From positions 61,821-96,624 of the forward strand of contig NW_002060986.1 in assembly GCF_000150275.1 (NCBI RefSeq): a stretch of DNA of 34,804 nt, given 5' to 3'. The notes under the pieces were generated by a model. That model was not told where the DNA came from and searched no databases. It saw only the letters and a list, made by a program, of their open reading frames with translations. The DNA comes from Trichoplax adhaerens (taxonomy: Eukaryota; Animalia; Placozoa). Position 1 is the first letter of the stretch. Each line of letters begins with the position of its first letter. The translations under genes and the position numbers were made by a program. Positions 28,169-34,804 of this stretch are shown here, piece after piece.

Positions 28169-29529
28169 CATACTTAAAAAAAAATTAATATAATTTCTAT
28201 GTTAAATAACCTGCTATTTATAATCTTTTAAAAGTAATACCATATAATATTCGTATACAAGTCAAGGTTATAATACTAAATATATTACTGCCTTTGATTA
28301 TTCTTCATCTTTTATTAACTTTTAGCTTTCATCATAACTATATTTAATGATATTGCTTTTTCAACTTTGTCACATAAGGATGTGAGCCAATAAAAATTAG
28401 CCTGAAATTCAAGGTAAATATACTTGCCTTGTTTAGTTAGTTAATGGTGTATCCATTCCTTGTTCTGTTCTATTTCGAATTAGTTAATAACTTCATCGTA
28501 CAGTTATCCTTTACCTGTATAAAATAGTATACATTACTTTCTCTAGCCGTAATTGCTGATATAACCTTATGGTTTAAGCATGTTATGATATTATTCTAAT
28601 GTCAATGAGGACTGTTTTTAATTCAAAAGTTATTCACATATTGACACAAATAGATAAAACAGCAGCGGTTGGATTTAATTAATTTCAACAATCTCTAAGT
28701 CCGAACTTAGTTTACAGTTGCTATGAATACTTGTAATTTTGAATATAAATCTATACTTACCGTATTTACGTACGATAAGTTTATAGTCGTAATCAACTCA
28801 AGAGAAAATGTAGTCCAAAAAAACTTATTTTTTGAAAAGTTGTCTTTCATCTTTTATTGAACATCATTATGGTTTACGATAGCAATTTATAAAGGCACCA
28901 ATAACATTTTTCAATTTGAATATAGGAAGCCTTTGTTATTTTATGTGTAAGAATAATAAAAAATTATTAGAACAAATGTCGAAGATATATACGCATGCAA
29001 TACCCTATGATATTGACTAAATTGATTATATTTGTGTATTGTTTCTAATATTGATGACAATGATTTGTTCAATCCGACAGTTAATAACTCAAAAGGAGGA
29101 TGAAACAAAATCTGTTCATAGAATAGAAGCAACAGTCCAGCTTACGTTATTTTTACATCGGAAAATCAGATCTTATTATCTCTATCAAGATATTATGAAT
29201 ACAAGTAGAAATGGATATAACAGTGCCATTTCAAATTGCACTGCCACACTGTAAAACTGCTTTACATTGTCATTTCAGATATACATTCATCACTAAAACT
29301 GCTAATCTATTCATGTGCATGTATTGACTGATTAAGCCAAGTAGCATTGTCACTATAGATTTAGCACTTGACGAAACATCAGCTTAGATATTATACCAAC
29401 AAGATTTCAAATTTTAGACCGCATATATCATCTCCCTAATTTTATATTTAAAGTATCTAAAATTATCTTTTTTCAACACCATATTTAATGTTAAATATTT
29501 AAATCATCATGTTCATGATATAAATCAGC

Positions 29530-29792
29530 ATGTCTCCATTGTACATGTACGTACAGTGTACATGTACGTGTATACATACAGTATACATACAGTGTACATG
29601 TACATGCTATGATCGCTAGATCTTGATCATGATCATTGATCATGATTTACAATTCATCGATTCGCGATCGCGATTTTCGGAAAAAAAAATTTTAAATTTA
29701 CAATGTTACAACATGTACATGTACATGTCATGATCATGATGATCATGATCATAATCAACATGTACATGTTCAAGATTCATGATGATCATGTG
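29530..29792. repeat. Palindrome-dense low-complexity block (ACATGT/TGTACA, ATCATGAT/TGATCA, TCGCGATCGCGA)
   Basis: Overlapping short palindromes flank a central TCGCGATCGCGA (29662-29673) and an A9 tract. Confidence 0.85.
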
Positions 29793-30747
29793 TGACTATT
29801 TATATATTTATCTTTCCTGTATGGTTGGATTTCAAATCGTCAAAAATTTAATAATTTTTAAATCAGTATTAACAACATATAGTACGTGAATAGATACGGA
29901 TCGGACTTATTTAGCGATCATTAAATTTATGCTTTGTTTCGGTAAAATATGACATAAATTATTACTAATGCTCTCATCAATAATATAACAGATTAGAATA
30001 ACGTAACTAGGGTATAATTTATAATCTTCGGAGTTTATAGACTTTTATTTCAATGCCATTCACGTAGTCTTATGTGAGATTATGCAATGCATTAGCTGTT
30101 GTTCTAATAAATAGGATTTCTATTTTCAGAATTTACTTTACAGCTGTCAAACCATTTATGATGTATTGATAGAATCTTTCCTTAATCATTATAAATCAAA
30201 ATTGACAATCAGTTTGCTCTATTATCGTTTTATTTATTATTATAAAATAATACCGACGTTCACAATACCGTTTTAGACGTAAGACCTAGAGGATAGGATA
30301 ATTTTCTATCGTCACCCATAGGTTATGATATCAAAGATTTGCTGAACAATACCCCGAGATGTTATGTAGTTGTAATTCAATGAAGATCCTATGGTTGAAT
30401 GATTAATTATATAAGATCGATTTTATGTTAAATTGAACAAATCCACTTCTATTAATTCAATCTCAGAGTATTCTAAACCGTGAAGAGTTTCCTATTAAAT
30501 AATATCTAATCCAAACTTTCCTTATAATTCGCTTATCATCTATGACATCCGTAACAGATACCGGCACCTTATAAACTCTCAATAGGTAACCAAAAGTAAT
30601 TTCATCAATCATCATTACGTATATTAACAATTTCTTAAACACTAAGTCTCATTTTGAGATTTCACAATTTGAATTTCGCTTTTCCGAAGCCTTGAATAAT
30701 TGCAAGCGTAACGTCCATCGAGAAGAACAACTATTTTATTGTTAACT

Positions 30748-32709
30748 ATGGCTACTGCAAGAATAAAATATCATGGCATTTTATATCATCTTTGCTGCCT
30801 TGTTATAATTTTTCAGGTAAAAATTTTTTTGGAAGTTTAACGTACACATCACAAAATCAGCTTTTACTTCGTTGAAAAATAAATAAAATGCAGTCAATTC
30901 TAAAATTGCGTGAATTAGTGTCTAGTATTACTTAGTTCGTAGTATTGTAAATTATCTATAAACGGTCTTTATACGTAAGAGAAGTCCTTTTGCTAATTTG
31001 ATACGACAAAATTACGATTAAGTTAACGAATTGTACACTACGTAGCAAAGACAAAATTTAACTATTAAGTAATTAACATTGTTTATTGAAAACTTAGCTT
31101 CATTCCAAAAGTCTCGGTATTTCTAACGCGAGAGGCAAAAATATCGATTAATTAGACGAAAAAGATATTAATGGCTGTCAATACTTAGATGATGATAACA
31201 TACAATATTTAAAACTTTTAATTACCATCTTACAGTAACTAATACAGTAATGTTTTCGTTTTTGACCACAATTAAGACCCAAAACTCTAGAAGTCACGGT
31301 ATGCTGGGACGACTATTACGAGTAGTCTACTGCATAGTCTATATACGATTAAAATCAAGACTCTTAATTCGCGGATCTTTCCATAATTATAATATTCAAA
31401 GAAAATAAGAAAAATACACTATGTAACATCGTGCCGTCTATGATTCAACTGAACTTAGATTGCTATCCTTCCATAATAACTTCATTTGGCTAGCTTTTAT
31501 TCTGCAATAAAATCATTTCATACCAGCCGAAAACAGTGCAAATTTAGATAATTTATTCTTCTAAGTTAGAGTTTAGACCATAGAATTTACCAGATCCTTC
31601 ATAGAGGCTAAATTATCATAGAACAGTATACGTAAATGAAAATAATTTTAGTTAGCAAGGCTATCATCACTTTAATCGATTACTGTAGAATATAACGAAA
31701 AGTCTATGTACAATGTACAGTGAGTGTCCCTATGGTCTAACATTAGTATTAGCATCATAAATAATTACTGTTATAACTAGATTTATTCGAGTGCTATCTC
31801 TTATTTGCAGTCTTCGTATCAGGATAATGCCGTAGTTTAATTACAATGCTCGAATTAGTGAATAATAATTTCGTCAACAAATCCAAATACATTTAAAATT
31901 ACCGACAACAGCATATTATCAATTCAATCCTAACTCCTACAACTCCAATCATTATCAAATCAATGACTGAAGACTTTGCATTAAGCATCACGTAATTATT
32001 TCCTGCCGAAGGAATTCAGAGAAGGGTTAGGATTACTCGATATACTTTCTATCATATGCTTTATTACTTAATTTATGCGACTTTCGAATGAGAAATTATT
32101 AGTGCAAAGCAACCACAGAAAATTTTTCAAATGTTCCCTGCTATTTACAGATTTCATTTGGTAACTTTGTTCATTCTCTTTTGCTTTGTTTTATAAATAT
32201 ATTGATCAAAATATTAATTCAATAGACAATATGTAATAATATAAACAATATTATTTAAATTTACATTAGCAATTTGCAATTGATTTTTCTTTGTCAATTT
32301 AATTATTAATCCGATAATTTTATCGTCTATCATATTATCTAAATGGTTAAATCTAAGACATTAAATTAAGTCTAGACCGTCGTCAATTCCTCTTACGTTA
32401 CGTATTTTTGAGATTTTAAAAAAACTTAACAATTAATAAAATATTATGATTAAGAATCAACAGTCTTAAGTAATGGCTTAATTCATTAGTTGCAAGATAT
32501 AACTTTTTACTTAATAGTTTAGACATATACAGCTGAAAATGTTAGTAATAAACTTTTATTATCAGCTATTGGCTAGGCTATGATGAATCCTTTTAAAAAT
32601 ATCAGAACTTAAAACTAGAGTAAATTTATTATTGACATGCATGGACTAATTTGATTTTCTCTACTTTTAATCACATAGATTGGTCTGGATTCATTAGTTA
32701 CTGGCCAAG
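30748..32709 (+). CDS. Putative first two exons of another signal-peptide-bearing gene (incomplete)
   Basis: Exon 30748-30816 encodes MATARIKYHGILYHLCCLVIIFQ|GTAAAA (phase 0). Exon 32679-32709 encodes IGLDSLVTGQ+G|GTAAAG (phase 0 to 1) after a good polypyrimidine tract. Together they read as a signal peptide ending VTG-Q. Confidence 0.5.
31905..32684 (+). repeat. Copy 1 of a ~780-bp direct duplication
   Basis: Matches 34025-34804 at offset 2120, with roughly 22 differences by eye (~97% identity). Confidence 0.95.
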
Positions 32710-33026
32710 GTAAAGGATATTTTTTATTTCAGTATTGTATAAAACTATTGAGAATACAGTACGGTGATGGTAACAGCTAGTCAAATCTGATAAATTTTTG
32801 TAATTCTCTTATTATCATAATCATCTAAAGATTAGAGCTTAATTTGCAGTTGTTAATCTTTTGTAATACCAGGAATAGCTTATTAAATCTAAGATTGGAT
32901 AATTATATAATTTACTATTTGCAATCCGAATATAAAAATATTCGCTTTTCTGATTATTCTAGTTTAATTCGAACACTACCGTTTACGAACTAGTTTTAGA
33001 TAGCAAGTGATGAAGCCGTATAATTT

Positions 33027-33076
33027 NNNNNNNNNNNNNNNNNNNNNNNNNNNNNNNNNNNNNNNNNNNNNNNNNN
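33027..33076. other. Assembly gap (N run)
   Basis: 50 N. Confidence 1.
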
Positions 33077-34024
33077 GTTGAATAAATCCAAAAGGGATTT
33101 AGAAATTGAATTAATTGTTTTGCTGCCTAAATGTTAGCCTGCAAAGTCTGCGACTAATTCCTGTGCTATATCCTAAATAATTCTAGTGAGCCATAAATAA
33201 TAAATCAATCAGCATATCTGACTTAATCATTTTGATTATTATGCAAAGATTGAATATTTCGATAAACTTTTCATCAGGTATCAGATACGTTATGTAATTA
33301 CTGTACATATAACTAAAATGTATACATCCAATTTTGAAGTGGTCCGTCAGAAATAGCTTATGCTGTTTATTATCATAAGTTTCCAATAACACCGAACCAA
33401 TAATACTATTAGTAACTATTGATGCCTAACAGGAGATCCATTAAGTTATTGATTCTAGATAAAACTGCTTTATTTTATGAACGAGGAAATTAAAATTTTT
33501 TTATTTAAACTTCCTGATGCTTTTTTGTACTTCGATAGAACTTAATGGTCGAGTACCAAACTATAGAATAGTTAAACAAGGCTAGATTAAAAAATTCGAT
33601 ACATTAGAGCAATACTTAATCCCCTGGAGTTTATCTAATGGAAATACGCTAAAGCCTTACAGATTCACTATCCGGTCGTTTGAAGAACAAAATATTGAAA
33701 ATACAGAAACTATTTAGAAATCTCTTTTACATTCTCTGAGCACTCGAGCAATATTAATCAAGGAACTACGATTTATAATGCATAACTAGAGCTGATAAAC
33801 TCTTGGTTCCATAAGAATTTCGTTTATTTCTGTTCCATATAATAATTTTTTTACGAAATAAGGTAACGAGTGTAATCCTATTGACTTCAGTTAAATAATT
33901 GATCTTATTGATGTAGACAGAGAAACTAGATAACCGTAATCAGCTCCTACGTATATTCATAAGACTTAATTCTATTTCATACACACTAAGAGCAGGAATA
34001 ATGGAACTACTGTATTTAATGTCT

Positions 34025-34804
34025 ACAACAGCATATTATCAATTCAATCCTAACTCCTACAACTCCAATCATTATCAAATCAATGACTGAAGACTTTGCA
34101 TTAAGCATCACATAATTATTTCCTGCCGAAGGAATTCAGAGAAGGGTTAGGATTACTCGATATACTTTCTATCATATGCTTTATTACTTAATTTATGCGA
34201 CTTTCGAATGAGAAATTATTAGTGCAAAGCAACCACAGAAAATTTTTCAAATGTTCCCAGCTATTTACAGATTTCATTTAGTAACTTTATTCATTCTCTT
34301 TTGCTTTGTTTTATAAACATATTGATCAAAATATTAATTCAATAGATCATATGTAATCATATCAACAATATTATTAAAATTACATTAGCAATTTGCAATT
34401 GATTTTTCTTTGTCAATTAAATTATTAATCCGATAATTTTATCGTCTATCATATTATCTAAATGGTTAAATCTAAGACATTAAATTAAGTCTAGACCGTC
34501 ATCAATATCCTCTTACGTTACGTATTTTTGAGATTTTAAAAAAACTTAACAATTAATAAAATATTATGATTAAGTATCAATAGTCTTAAGTAATGGCTTA
34601 ATTCATTAGTTGCAAGATATAACTTTTTACTTAATAGTTTAGACATATACAGCTGAAAATGTTAGTAATAAACTTTTATTATCTGCTATTGGCTAGGCTA
34701 AGATGAATCCTTTTAAAAACATCAGAACTGAAAACTAGAGTAAATTTGTTATTGACATGCATGGGCTAATTTGATTTTCTCTACTTTTAATCACATAGAT
34801 TGGT
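34025..34804 (+). repeat. Copy 2 of the ~780-bp direct duplication (still matching at the window edge)
   Basis: Matches 31905-32684 and includes the start of a second copy of the IGLD.. exon at 34799. Confidence 0.95.

Noticed and set aside
27696-28193. ORFs spanning N runs (also 19434-19712)
   Set aside because: Artefacts of assembly gaps.
29034-29254. Weak EGF/LDLR-like remnant (KGG*NKIC..PAYVIFT)
   Set aside because: Too short and stop-ridden to support a pseudogene call.

Overview
An AT-rich, intron-containing eukaryotic animal genomic window with three N gaps; composition and compact gene architecture suggest an early-branching animal such as the placozoan Trichoplax (inference only). 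Hand-spliced GT-AG gene models give: (1) the 5' part of a mitochondrial-clan cytochrome P450 on the minus strand; (2) head-to-head with it, a complete 5-exon Polycomb/CBX gene (chromodomain + C-terminal Pc box, 221 aa); (3) a complete 7-exon TMEM184 gene (373 aa); (4) an 8-exon small type-I membrane protein with signal peptide, 3 EGF repeats, TM helix and short tail (232 aa); (5) the first exons of a probable second secreted/membrane gene. The ORF track misses two decayed genes between Pc and TMEM184: a SIK/AMPK-related kinase pseudogene (minus) and a weaker ankyrin+SOCS-box relic (plus). They diverge from a hairpin-bearing tandem repeat array. Other notable signals are a dual AG|GTAAGT splice site gating the Pc-box exon, TACAGTA/TACTGTA and CATG/GATC palindrome blocks, and a ~780-bp near-identical duplication at the right end. 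I saw no tRNA, rRNA, CRISPR array or intact transposase.
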